Made by a program: the position numbers and the translations under genes. A DNA stretch of 62,888 nucleotides, filler included. It is 22 parts of 22 records of this genome, joined end to end, with 100 filler letters (N's around TTAATTAATTAA, not from the genome) between each part and the next. Parts side by side here need not be neighbours in the genome. Positions count along the whole stretch, not along the records: positions 33,661 to 36,334 come from SRR36015645_147349; positions 36,435 to 38,912 come from SRR36015645_147401; positions 39,013 to 44,594 come from SRR36015645_147416; positions 44,695 to 47,750 come from SRR36015645_147831; 18 more parts are not named here. The stretch is one strand, 5' to 3'. Position 1 is the first letter of the stretch. The number at the start of each line of letters is the position of its first letter. Shown here one piece after another: positions 33,829 to 45,891 of this stretch. The notes below the pieces were generated by a model, which was given only the letters and a program-made list of their open reading frames with translations, was not told the origin of the DNA and did no database searches.

Positions 33829-36334
33829 GAAGGAGCAACAGCTGGCTTTAGTGATACAGTGTTGAAAGTAAAGCAACGCGAAGAGGCGTACATTAGTCAC
33901 ACAGACTCGCCTGCTTCATTTTACATTCAGCTGAACAAAAACAAGCAAATTATGAACACACTAACGACGACGTTGCAGGAACTGTGCAGTGGCGATTCCA
34001 TACAAACATTGGATTCCAACATTAACGTAGGCGATGTATGCGCTGCCCTCTGGAGTCCGGATGAAGAAGAAGAAGGTGCATGGTATCGAGCGCTTGTTTC
34101 GGACGTGTCCAACATAAATAACGACCAGATAACGGTAAGGTTTGTAGACTACGGAAACACGGAGCAAGTTAAACTATCGGAAGCGGTACAACTGACCGAC
34201 ACGTGGGACGTTAACGTACAAGCCATTCATTGTCAGCTGGCCGACTGCCAATGCCAATCCAACGATGAACAGTGGTCTTTGAAGGCATGCGAAGTGTTTG
34301 AAGACAGCACAAAGGACAAGAAACTACTAGTGGAATTTGTAAATGTTGACTCTGCTGTCCAGGGCGTTAGGTTGTTTGATATGGGCTCATCAGTCAGTGA
34401 CAAATTGGTTGACGCAGGTGAAGGGATTCTCATTGAAGAAGTAGCTTCCGCATCAGTATTGGATACCAGTGTATTGTCGGCGTCTGACATCGCCCGTACA
34501 TCTGTGTCTGAACTAACCGATGTAGCAGAGCCTGAGACAGTAACTGAAGATATTCCCGAATTCACGGTCTTGGAACTTAAACCAGGTCAAACAGAGTCAG
34601 CGACTGTAGTCAACACTTCTTCGCCATCACTTTTCACCATTCAGTTGAATAAATTACAAGAGCAATTGGAAACTTTGTTGGATAGTATGCAAACCTGCTA
34701 TAGCGGAGAGCATGGTGACTCTTGCGTATTAGATAGTCCCAAGCCCGGACAGCCTTGCGTAGCTATGAACGAATCTAGCAAACAATGGTGCCGTGCAAAA
34801 ATTGTCTTCTGTAATAACGAAGAGAACTACTTGAATGTCTCATATGTTGATAACGGTCTCCTTGGTCCAGTGAATATAGAGTCTGTACGGCAGATCAAAC
34901 CTGAGTACATCAGCGCAGAGTTTCCCGTTCAAGGAGTACAGTGCTGTTTAGCAGACATTGGTCCTGCGTCCTCTGAAACTAGTCAGCCGTCGGAATGGTC
35001 CAACGACGCGATATCAACATTTACAGATCTGTGCAGCACTCAGGGAGTGACTGTTAAATTTTTGCACGCGAAAAATGGCATACATCATGTGGACATGCTT
35101 GTGGATGACATTTCCGTGGGCGAGAAGCTTGTTGAGTTTGGTTTAGCCGCTCGTTTACCATTGGAATCCGAAGTTACTGGATCGGAAGACACGGACTACA
35201 GCGACGATTTTGAGGATGCGGAAAGCCGTATCGATTCGACAGCAGAAAGCCGAGATGCTGCCAAGTTTTCGTCTGTGACTGATAATACGTCCAGTGCAAA
35301 GGAAGGCAGTGATGAAAGTGAAGATGAATTTTATTCGGATAGTGAAACGGATTCAGGTGCGAAGAACAGGTTGGCCGAACAACAAGCAGAAAAGAATTTG
35401 GAGAATGAAACCGATGCAAGCGTAGAAAAAAGTACTGAGATGCCGGTAGAAGATGTCACCGATAATGATAGTTCAATATCAGAATGCATCGAAACGGAGG
35501 ATGTCGAGAGTGATCTCTTACTATCAGAAACGGATACCAAAGACGAAATTGGAAACGTGGCAGCTAATACTGAAAGTTATGATCATATGATGTCAAGTGA
35601 TGCTAATCTTAATCCAGAGGCTGATCAATCCTTGAAAGAGAATGAAGAACCTTCACAAGGTGAAAACATATGCCCGGAACCTGAAGATGAGGAAACTATT
35701 GTAATAGGCTCGTCTGTTGATGATGAAAGTCGGGAGATGCAAAAGGAAGGTTCAGACGATAGGAAAAGCGCCTTAGATTTGGACACAGATCAAGAATCAA
35801 ATGCCACTTCGGACTCCTTGCCTTCTGAATTAAATGCAGAACCCGAGGACATTAAAAATAATGAAGATTCTGAGCAGTCCCCGGGAGAAGATAGCGCACC
35901 CGAAGATGCGGAATCTGTTAAAGATGACGTTACTGAGCAAGGTGTTGCCCAGATTTCAACAGAAGACGATGTTGAATATGAAACTGATGCAACGGGCACA
36001 GCAGAAGCAGGTGTGGTAAGCGACAGTGCTCAATTGCTGCCGACTGACGATTCTTTTCCTAATACGCCTCATGATGTACTGACTAATGATATAATCAATG
36101 GTCCGCTTGCTGGAGACGGTGCACAGTCAGATAGCGATGCACTAACTGACCAAGCAGATGAAGACAGTCGTAAAAACTCTGATGAGGCTGAAGATGATCA
36201 AGTGCAATTGCCTGAAAATACGCAAGTGGATGATCAAAATTCCACAGAGTCCAGCGGCGCATCGTCAAAAAGTGGTGAGTTTACCAATGTTTTTCGTATA
36301 GACGGTAGTCGTAACAGTGGGCTTATGGATGGTA
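33661..36334 (+). CDS. Multi-Tudor-domain protein fragment (TDRD1/6/15-like) with a long acidic tail
   Basis: Extended Tudor 1: SHTDSPASFYIQL..CAALWS..WYRALV..VRFVDYGNTE..QAIHCQL; Tudor 2: SPSLFTIQL..PGQPCVA..WCRAKI..VSYVDNG..PVQGVQCCL; possible donor G|GTGAGT at 36275. Confidence 0.88.
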
Positions 36335-36434
36335 NNNNNNNNNNNNNNNNNNNNNNNNNNNNNNNNNNNNNNNNNNNNTTAATTAATTAANNNNNNNNNN
36401 NNNNNNNNNNNNNNNNNNNNNNNNNNNNNNNNNN

Positions 36435-36486
36435 GACAGATTGATGCTCATCATCAAACTGTATTGACAGATTGGTGCTCATCATC
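36435..36486. repeat. Two 21-nt direct repeats (31-bp period) just downstream of the Academ stop codon
   Basis: GACAGATTGATGCTCATCATC at 36435 and GACAGATTGGTGCTCATCATC at 36466. Confidence 0.85.
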
Positions 36487-36490
36487 CACC

Positions 36491-38912
36491 TCAGTGACAA
36501 TTTCCTCTACACTGACATAGTGCTGTGCATTTCAGTCCTACTGTGTGACAAGAACATCTTTTGGTGCACAGAGGTAACGCTTTGCATTCACATTTCACAA
36601 GCTCTCGACAACTTTTTGATGCTTCCGGTAAGTTTGTCCACAGAGGTTCCCATTTGCCAGTATCCCTAGTCCAACCAAAAGCGCTAGGACATGGTGCATT
36701 TTGCTGGGATGTTAAACTCATCAGCCAGATACTAGCTTGATACAAACAACGGTTAGCATGTTGCACTAACGCAGCTTGAGTAGGCGGAAGGTTTTCCATT
36801 ATTTGAACTTTACGCGGAAATAGATCCCTTCGTAGTTCATTAACACTTACAAGTTTTGTGCTGCGGTCGTACAGTATGCAAGTGAACTGTTCCATGACTC
36901 CAAATATGGGCATGTCAGTTGATACAGGAGTGAATGGATGCTGTGCTGGAAACATAAACGCTTCTGTTGCCTCCGGAAACAGGTTCCACGCATCCCAACA
37001 TGACTTCTTTCCTCTGCCACAAAATTGTGATGTCGTATCCGATCCCGTAAACGAATGGAAAAGGGGAAGTGCACTGCATTTGTCTTTCCCAAGCTCATTG
37101 GAAATAGAGTTTATTGAGTAGTATCTGAAATGTTTGCCTTTTCCAAATGCTACCCACAGTTGGATGTTGTGGTACATGCTGGCCAAGTCATAGAATATGC
37201 CAATAAGAATCACTAAGACATCTGTATCCACTGTGCTTACAACAATCGACCTGGCTCCCTTTTCCAAAGCATCCTTGATGTGAAGGCACATTCTGGAGTC
37301 AGCCTCTTCGTGATCTGTTCCGGACATCGGCTCTCCACTACCCTTAGACACGACATCTTGACCACATGTGATATATACCGATTTGCCGGAAGGATATTCA
37401 TGTGAGGCCACGTTGTTTGTTAATAACTTGAACAGTTCTTCTTTGTTGTGTGAATTCTTCAAAAAGCTAACAAAGTTTGCAGGTAGCTTTGTTTGTGGAG
37501 ACACTTTTCTTCGTTCTTCTTTGCCCCTTTTCTCGCGTGTTGCTTCTTTCAAGCTATCTTCTCTGTATATGTCCCACACAATATCAATTCGTCCACAATT
37601 TTGTAGTTGTTGACTTGTCCACTGCATAAACTGAACAGAGCTGTATTCACCAAATGTTGAAGCATCGCCTCTGCTGAGTGAATGTACTATCGCTGCACCA
37701 TCAAAAATTTTAACTTCAAACTGCGATGGTGGCTCTTGCTCTACATGCCCAGTAGGTTTCAGTAAGGTCAACAGTTGTGACTTAGCACCAGGCAGACGCA
37801 ATTTACCTTGTTGACTTAATGACGGTGGCCAAGCATGATTTTCATGGGAAAAAAATTCTGCTAAGTCTGCATCACGAACTTGACTTGATATGAATAATTT
37901 ACTAAAGAGACTGTAATCACTTTTAACCGCTTGGATTTGACTTCTTGACTTCACAGTAGGGCGAGAAACCTTGAAAATGTGAAATCTGTTTTGTTTTATT
38001 GCCTGATGAATCGAAACAGTCCTTTCCACTAGCACATCTTTTACATATGCAGCATACTGCTCCTTTCCCGTCTTTTCCACAATTCCAAGTATCTTCGACG
38101 ATCCCTCTTCAACACAGACATGAGTATCAAGTGTTATAAGCTCTTGTCCTCTTTCAGTGAATGGATTGCCCATTGACGAGATTGTATCATACAGTTTATT
38201 TGCATGCTCCTTGTCACGTTTCTGTACCCCGATTGTTTGCTGATGATGTTTTCTGCTGCCGTCTTGCCTACCCTTTTGATCACTACCAACCTGCTCCTCA
38301 AATTCTGACAGCAGCCGCGCTTGTTCTGGGCCAGATACCGTCCATCTCTTTAATGCCGCTGCATTTTCTGTTATCCCTATAGCTCCACCAGAGTCTTTCA
38401 CCTTTTTGTTGTTTTGCTCGTGAGCCTGATCCAATGGCATTGCTGAGAATTTGTTTTGCGTTTTGGGAAATACCCAAAATTTCTCAAAGTCTTCTTTGAT
38501 ACCATCTGGTAGTGATTTCATATCCCTGATATGCACAGGTATCCAACGTGCATAATTTGGATGATCCATGCTGAAAAACCATGGGGTTAGCTCCTCCAAC
38601 ACACTGACATACAGTGTTAAGTTTTGCTCACGGTGTGAACGTACAAATGCCAGTATTAAGAGTTCCAAGTTTAAAACCATGTCCCAATACTGGAAGGTTG
38701 GGCTTTTGCCGCACATTTCACTTTTCCAGGCTTCAAAATCATCTGTATCAAGTGACTCCTTCAGTTCTTCATATGCTTCCTGCTGCAGTTTCCCGAGAGA
38801 AAGAACACTGATTTGATGTGCACGTCTCGTCCTAGTCAAATGCGAAGCATGGAGAAAGGAATCAGATGTCCCTGTGGAAGCTACGCCTGCCTCACTTAGT
38901 GCCGTAGTCCAG
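36491..38912 (-). mobile_element. Academ (AcademX-type) transposase, C-terminal portion including the Cys-rich terminus
   Basis: WFFSMDHPNYARW, PLDQAHEQ, FFSHEN..PPSLS, IFDGA, IVWDIY, HEEADSR, VDTDV, FTGSDTTS..GRGKK, terminal CRELVKCEC..CTKRCSC..CTALCQCRGNC. Confidence 0.9.
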
Positions 38913-39015
38913 NNNNNNNNNNNNNNNNNNNNNNNNNNNNNNNNNNNNNNNNNNNNTTAATTAATTAANNNNNNNNNNNNNNNNNNNNNNNNNNNNNNNN
39001 NNNNNNNNNNNNATC

Positions 39016-42000
39016 ATGCCACCAGTTTCACGGTCAGGTTTAATTCGATCTGCTACGGGGCCAGCTAAGGCCAAGTTGGCGACTAATCTTACAGATGGTG
39101 AAAAATGTACAACCAAGAAGATTCCCGAAGAAGCGAAAGACATTCAAGATGAAATAATCCTCTTAGATGACATTGTGCCAAGAGTAAAAGCCAACATCAG
39201 TACACTCATGGAAAGAGATGCGCAATGGCAAACACTTGTTGGTCAATTAACAACAGAAGAGGAAGTAGCTCTCGAACAGCAGTTGTACGAAAGAGTGGCT
39301 TTAGCAGATGGAACTGGTGACGAGCCAGAGGGTTATTTGCACATTGTCGAAAGAGCAAAAGAGTGGGTTAATGTGGCGGAGGCAAGAGTGAAGGAACTTC
39401 GTCAGAGGGTAGATAGAATACCGAGCAAGAATTCCGATATCAAGAAAAGACTAACAATTGCTAAATTACCAAAACTGGCACTTCCAAAGTTCTGTGGTGA
39501 TCCTTTGTTATGGGACGAATTTTGGAGCATTTTTCGAAGCAATGTCCACGAGACTTCACTCACAAATATCGAAAAGTTTTCATACTTACGAGGCACTCTA
39601 TATGGAACGGCGCAAGATGTCATAGAGGGCATAGCGATTACAGATGACAACTATGAGACAGCAGTGAGTCTCCTAGAGGATCGTTTCAAACGGCCGGCAG
39701 GACATCTAATTGGATTACTATACCATCAACTGAAAAAGATACCAACATCTTCAAACCGAGTTTCAGAACTGGTGCATACCTACGATGCCTGTGAACGAAT
39801 TTTTCGACAGCTAGAGAATATAGGTGAAAAGTTGGACAATAATAGATCTCTAACACTCGACGTGTTGAGTAAGTATCCACCTGCGGTTATTACCGAGTTA
39901 TTTCAACGATGGGAAGTCAGCACAGAGAGCGAACTGGTAAAGCTTCGCAAAGCAATACAAAGTTACCTACGCCAATCGGAGAATGTTTCAGAAATGCTTG
40001 AGAACTTAGAACCCTTTACCAACACAGGTCCAGTAAAATCGTCAAAAACCCGAGCGAATGAAGCAAAGGTAACGACAGACTTGGAAAGCGTTCCCGAGCT
40101 TAAGCCAAACTATCCAACGTCTACATTTGCAGTCACACAGCCAAAACGGGGCGTAGATACGAACAGTGACAAGAACAGCTCGGCAAGTAACAGTTACGGA
40201 AGAAGGGAACCAAGTCGTCAGAATCCATGCTATTTCTGTGGTGGGAGTCATTTTAATTCGGAATGTGAGTCCTACCCATCTGCTGAAGAACGAGTGGAAA
40301 GACTTAAGGTTACGAAACGGTGCTTCAGATGCATGAATGGAAGTCATATGCGATTTAACTGCCGTGTTCAAGTCCGGTGCTATTTTTGTAAAGCCGTTGG
40401 GCAACATTGCTCGCCACTGTGCCCAAAGCACTTTCCAACAAAGGAGAAACGCAATGATGAAGCAAGTTTAGCCATCACTGAGCAACCTGAACAACCACCA
40501 TCTGCTGACACAACCACCTGCCTGAGTGTTGACCAGAAAACTATTTTATCGACGGCCTGGACAACTGTACAGAATCCAATTACTGGGCAAGGGAAGCAAG
40601 TGCGGATATTTTTTGATAATGGCAGCCACCGAAGCTTCATTACTGAACACTGTGCATCTGAATTGAAGCTTCCAGTTCTTTCAGATGATGTACTGAATAT
40701 TGCTGTATTCGGTACTCAACGAACTCTCTCAGTACAGTCGAAGCGTGTTGAGTTTAAGGTTTTGCAAAAGGATGGCTCTACGAAGACAATAAGTGCACAC
40801 ACAACTCCTCTTATAACCAACTGCTCCTTGCACCCTGGGAAATTACCAGTCGAAGAAACTCTGCTGTTCAAATCAATGAAGGACGAAATGGCAGATAATT
40901 GGCAAGAGCACAAGGACTCGACTATCGATATCTTAATTGGTTCGGACTTCTTTTGGGACTTTCTTATGGACTCTAGGCTGAAGACTCCTTCTGGACTACA
41001 CTTGCTGAAGTCTACCGTTGGCTACTTAGTATCTGGAAAGCTGGATCAACCAATCGATGAATTTCCTGAGGATTCTCCACCTGTACTACTTTGTGCACTG
41101 GAAGTTACCCAACAACATGTGTGGTCACCAACGTTATCGACACATCAATCAGTTACTCGAGCTACCTACGGGAAAGTTCCGGATGTGGATCAATTTTGGG
41201 ATCTAGAAACAATTGGTATCACTGACGATCCTCAAAGCAAAGACGACGATGAAGCGTTACAACTGTTCAACGATACAATTGAGTACAAGGATGGACGATA
41301 CCATGTAACATGGCCTTGGCGCAAATCCAACATTTATCTTCCATCAAACTTCGAACTGGCTTCAGGGAGGTTCAGATCTTTAGCGAAACGTTTGAAAACC
41401 TCTCCAGCATGGATCAGGCAGCAATACCAACATGTTATCGACGATCAATTGCGGAAAGGGATCATTGAGATGGTAGATGACAACGATTCATGTGAGCCAA
41501 ACGACCTCATCCACTATCTCCCCCATCATCCAGTGGTGAAACCAGAGAGCAGCACTACAAAGCTTCGAATGGTTTGTGACGCGTCAGCAAAAACAAGTCG
41601 TCACAGTGTGTCACTAAACGAGTGCCTTTACCGAGGGCCAGTTCTGCTGCCAAATCTATGTTCGATCCTCTTGCGTTTTCGCTTATGGTACATTGCAATG
41701 ATAGCAGACATAGAAAAGGCATTCTTGCAAGTTGGGCTCCAGAAATCACAGAGAGATGTAACAAGATTTCTTTGGTTCAAAGATTGTAACTCTGTGGAGG
41801 TCGAAGACAACACTATTACCTTCCGCTTTTGCCGGGTGCCTTTTGGAATTATCAGCAGCCCATTTCTACTCGGTGCAACTGTTCAACATCACCTTAAAAG
41901 CAATCCATCTCCTGTCGCAGAGAACATCCGAAACAACATTTATGTCGATAATATCATTACAGGAGTATCAACGGAAGAGGAAGCTAAATGTTTTTATACC

Positions 42001-44594
42001 GAAGCCAAAGATCTGTTTCGTCGCTCCGGTATGAATCTTCAGGAATGGTACTCTAATTCTCAGGAAGTAGTTGACTTCATTCCCGTAGGTGATCATATCA
42101 AGCGTCCAGAAAAGATCAAAGTATTAGGAATTAGATGGGACCAGCATGATGATACACTGCAACTACCGGAATGTGCTGAGATGCATAAAGCATGCAAAAC
42201 AAAGAGGGAAATCCTTCAGACAGTTGCCTCGATCTACGACCCTCTTGGTCTTTTTCAACCAGTCTTATTGAATGCAAAACTCTTCCTACATCGTCTGTGG
42301 AAGGACAAGAAGGAATGGGATGAGCCGATCGATGAACAGTTGCGAGAAGACTGGTCGAAGATCTATCAAGATGTCGTTCCGATATTTGAGGTGCGAATTC
42401 CACGGTGTATTTCGAAACAATGTGATCAGGTTACAGTATTGTTGTTCTCAGATGCGTCAGCCAATGCATATGGGGCAACAGTTTATTTAAGAGTTTGGAA
42501 TCAAGAACAGAAATCGTGGTCAACAAACTTGGCATTTTGCAAAACGCGTTTGACACCAAAGAGCAAATCTCGTTCCATCATCACGCTCCCTCGTCTAGAA
42601 CTGTTGGGATTGACAGTTGGAGCCAGGGCAGCCGACTTTGTAAGGAAGTCTCTACCACCCAGCATGATCAATATCACAACCGTGAGGATTGTGATGTTCT
42701 GTGATTCGTTGTGTGTCCTTCATTGGATTCGAAGCAGCAAAGTAATGTCAGTGTTTGTGGAGAACAGGCTAGCAGAAATTCGCAAGATTGCAAACACCGA
42801 GTTTCGCTATGTTGCCACACATGACAACCCAGCAGACATTTGCACTCGGGGCAAATCGGCAAAGGAACTAGCCAACTGCAACATGTGGTGGAAAGGACCA
42901 GATTGGCTGACTTTACCGAAAGACCAATGGCCAGCACAACCACTATCAGATATTGAACAACCTTCAGATTCGACGATACAGCTCATTGAGAGTGAAACAC
43001 GCAAGTCACAACCGAAAGCAGAGTGTTCAAATGTGGCCGGGGAGGGTCCTACGGATGACGTTGGTCCATTAGGCATCAAAGCTACCGATTATTCAACACT
43101 CGACAAGGTACTCCGTGTTACAGTTAAGTGTTTGAAGTTCTTGAAGAAGATTTTGTGGAGCAAATGGTCAGACGATAAAAAACGTTCGAAACCCGTTTTG
43201 GATAGTCTAATGCAGTCAATCTCAGACGATAAAACCTGGACAACAAAAGATGAGCTATCATCTGCAAGGAAGATATGGATCCAACATGAACAGCGACAGG
43301 GCTATGCCAGTGTCATCTCAGCCATTGAGAAAGGACAAAAGAACATGTTGGTACAACAACTGGGTCTCAGAATCGACGAAGAAGGTTTCATCCGGTGTTA
43401 TGGGAGATATGAGCATGCTGATCTACCGTACGATGCGGCACAACCAAGCCTGCTACCAAAGGACAGCTATATTACCGAGTTGATCATCAGAGATGCCCAT
43501 GAACGAGCTTTTCATGCGGGCATAAGTCATACACTTAGCCAGGTTCGTCGAAGTGTCTGGATCCCACAAGGTCGCAACACTGTACGAAAGATCTTGAATA
43601 GATGCAACGTGTGTCGTCGCCACAAAGGACCACCGTTTGCTTTGCCCAAGATGCCACCATGGCCTAAAGAACGACTATCACGCTCCAGTCCATTCCGCTT
43701 CACTGGCCTCGATTATTTTGGTCCGGTCAATGTTAAGATAGAGGAAGAGATACACAAGATATGGATTTGCCTATTCACATGTCTAGCAGTGCGTGCAATA
43801 CATCTCGAGTGGGTGAAAGATTGTTCAGCTCGACAGTTTCTCGATTGCGTCATTAGATTCATCTCAAGAAGAGGAACTCCTGAGCAGATTATTTCAGACA
43901 ATGCTCCTCAGTTCAGGGTGACCAAATCAGCTTTCGACAGAATCTGGCACGAAGTTATAGTCGACCCAAGCGTCCAGTCATACGCTGCACAGCATGGCAT
44001 AACATGGAAGTTCACAACCCAACTTGCGCCTTGGCAAGGCGGCTTCTATGAGAGATTGGTTGGCATTGTCAAGACAGCCTTCAAAACGGCGGTTGGACGA
44101 CGTCTTCTGCGTTTTGATGAATTTGTCACGCTAAGCACGGAAGTCGAAGCAGTTGTTAACAGCCGGCCCCTGACGTATGTCTATAGTGACTTGGGTTCTG
44201 GACTAGCGCTACGGCCAATTGACTTTCTCACAGACTTGCCAGTCGGATTGCCAGTAACAAATAACAAAATATCGACTCAACAGCTAGGAGATGCTGGGAA
44301 AGATCTAATTGCTCATTGGAAGCATCATCAGTATCGATTAGAGATATTGTGGAAAACATGGTACGATGAATATCTATTGAGTCTTCGGGAGCGGTTTCAA
44401 TTACAACACCGGGGAAGAAGAAGCGAAGTACATGTGCCTCCAAAAGTGGATGATGTTGTCATTGTCAAGGACACCAATACGCCTCGAGGCAACTGGAAAC
44501 TTGCCCGTGTGGTACGATTGATTTCCAGTAGCGACAATGAAGTGCGATCTGCCGAAATCAGGCTACCGAACAAGTTGTTGATCCGCAGGCCATT
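39016..44594 (+). mobile_element. BEL/Pao LTR retrotransposon, near-complete single gag-pol ORF (gag, PR, RT, RNase H, integrase)
   Basis: KLPKLALPKF; three knuckles; FFDNGS; YLPHHPV; ADIEKAFLQ; YVDN; FSDAS..AYGA; TLPRLEL; DNPAD; HHCC; GLDYFGP, SDNAPQF, GGFYERLV; PRGNWKLARV. Confidence 0.97.
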
Positions 44595-44869
44595 NNNNNN
44601 NNNNNNNNNNNNNNNNNNNNNNNNNNNNNNNNNNNNNNTTAATTAATTAANNNNNNNNNNNNNNNNNNNNNNNNNNNNNNNNNNNNNNNNNNNNGTTGTT
44701 TACTAAAAAGGTGTTCAATAACCTTTCATAAAAATTTCAATATTTTTTTGTTCTTATTTCGCTGAATGGAAGCGTAATGCTGCACTAACCCATTAAATAT
44801 TAGGTCATGAATTTAAATTAACCCCCGTGCGTGGCTAAGGCGTCATTTATTTCAATATTATATTAGATT

Positions 44870-45841
44870 ATGGCAAAGGATGAACATACTAACGTAACTA
44901 ATGTGATGCTCGGGAATAGCGTGCCTATCCCAAAGTTCCTTGGTAAACCCAACGATGATTTCAATACATGGCTTACCAAGTTCGATCTTTATGTTGAGTA
45001 TAACGATAGTATTACTGGCAAAACGTCGAATAAAGCACTACTTTTGCCTTTATTTTTGGACGGCGACGCTTACGATGTGTATAACTATTTGCCTGCTGAT
45101 GATAGAAAAAGTATAAAGAAAGTGACAGATGCTCTGTCAGCGCGCTTTACCGATGTAGACTTGAAAGCTATAAATCGGCAGCGCTTATTGAATTGCTTCC
45201 GTGCAAGCAATGAAGAATTAGGCTGTTTCGAGATGCGCTTGCGGAGATTTGCAAAGCTTGCTTATGCTGATGATATTCAACGCGACCAGCAATGCAAAGA
45301 TCAGTTTATTAGGGGGATTACTGATGCTAAATGCCAAAGACATTTGTTAATTAAAGACCCCTCTACTCTGTTTAACGCGGTCGACGAAGCAAGGAAATTC
45401 GAGGCGATTCAGGCTGCCGTTACGGCAACCTCACCTAATTGTGGCACAACCGCGCAAGGTATCTCTACCGCTACTAGTTCAAGTAACCAATCAGGGGAAA
45501 TGTCGCGATTGCGTAATGAGGTCAGTGACATTAAGCGTATGCTAAATGATATGCAACGTCAATCTAGGCCTCAAGAACGCGAACGACAAACGAATAACTA
45601 TGCTAAACAGCCCCAGAAAGGAGGTAACCAGTATCGCGAAAATACCAATACGCCTAAGCCGCAACCTGGGGCAAACGGTGAACAGCATGATGGCCCTGTT
45701 TGCTTCAAATGTGGTATAAAAGGCCACATGAAAAGCGCTTGTAAATTTAAAGGGCGATGCTACAATTGCCAAGGCATAGGCCATATCGCATCCAAATGTA
45801 GAAATAAGCCTGTAAACCAGAACGCGCCTCTGGAAAACTGA
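44870..45841 (+). CDS. Ty3/Gypsy gag
   Basis: IPKFLG..DFNTWLTKF; DQFIRGI; knuckles CFKCGIKGHMKSAC and CYNCQGIGHIASKC. Confidence 0.92.
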   Translation: MAKDEHTNVTNVMLGNSVPIPKFLGKPNDDFNTWLTKFDLYVEYNDSITGKTSNKALLLPLFLDGDAYDVYNYLPADDRKSIKKVTDALSARFTDVDLKAINRQRLLNCFRASNEELGCFEMRLRRFAKLAYADDIQRDQQCKDQFIRGITDAKCQRHLLIKDPSTLFNAVDEARKFEAIQAAVTATSPNCGTTAQGISTATSSSNQSGEMSRLRNEVSDIKRMLNDMQRQSRPQERERQTNNYAKQPQKGGNQYRENTNTPKPQPGANGEQHDGPVCFKCGIKGHMKSACKFKGRCYNCQGIGHIASKCRNKPVNQNAPLEN

Positions 45842-45891
45842 GAAGGGCAGGGATTAAGGGTCATAATCCTGCCCATAGTAGCAATGACCCT
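45832..45891 (+). promoter_or_regulatory. -1 programmed ribosomal frameshift signal (slippery G_GAA_AAC plus predicted H-type pseudoknot)
   Basis: Heptamer at 45832-45838 in the correct phase; 6-nt spacer; stem 45845-45856/45864-45874; loop AGGGTCA is complementary to TGACCCT at 45885-45891. Confidence 0.85.

Noticed and set aside
31210..38912. Rep, Tudor protein and Academ transposase as a functional cluster
   Set aside because: They are on three separate contigs divided by linkers.
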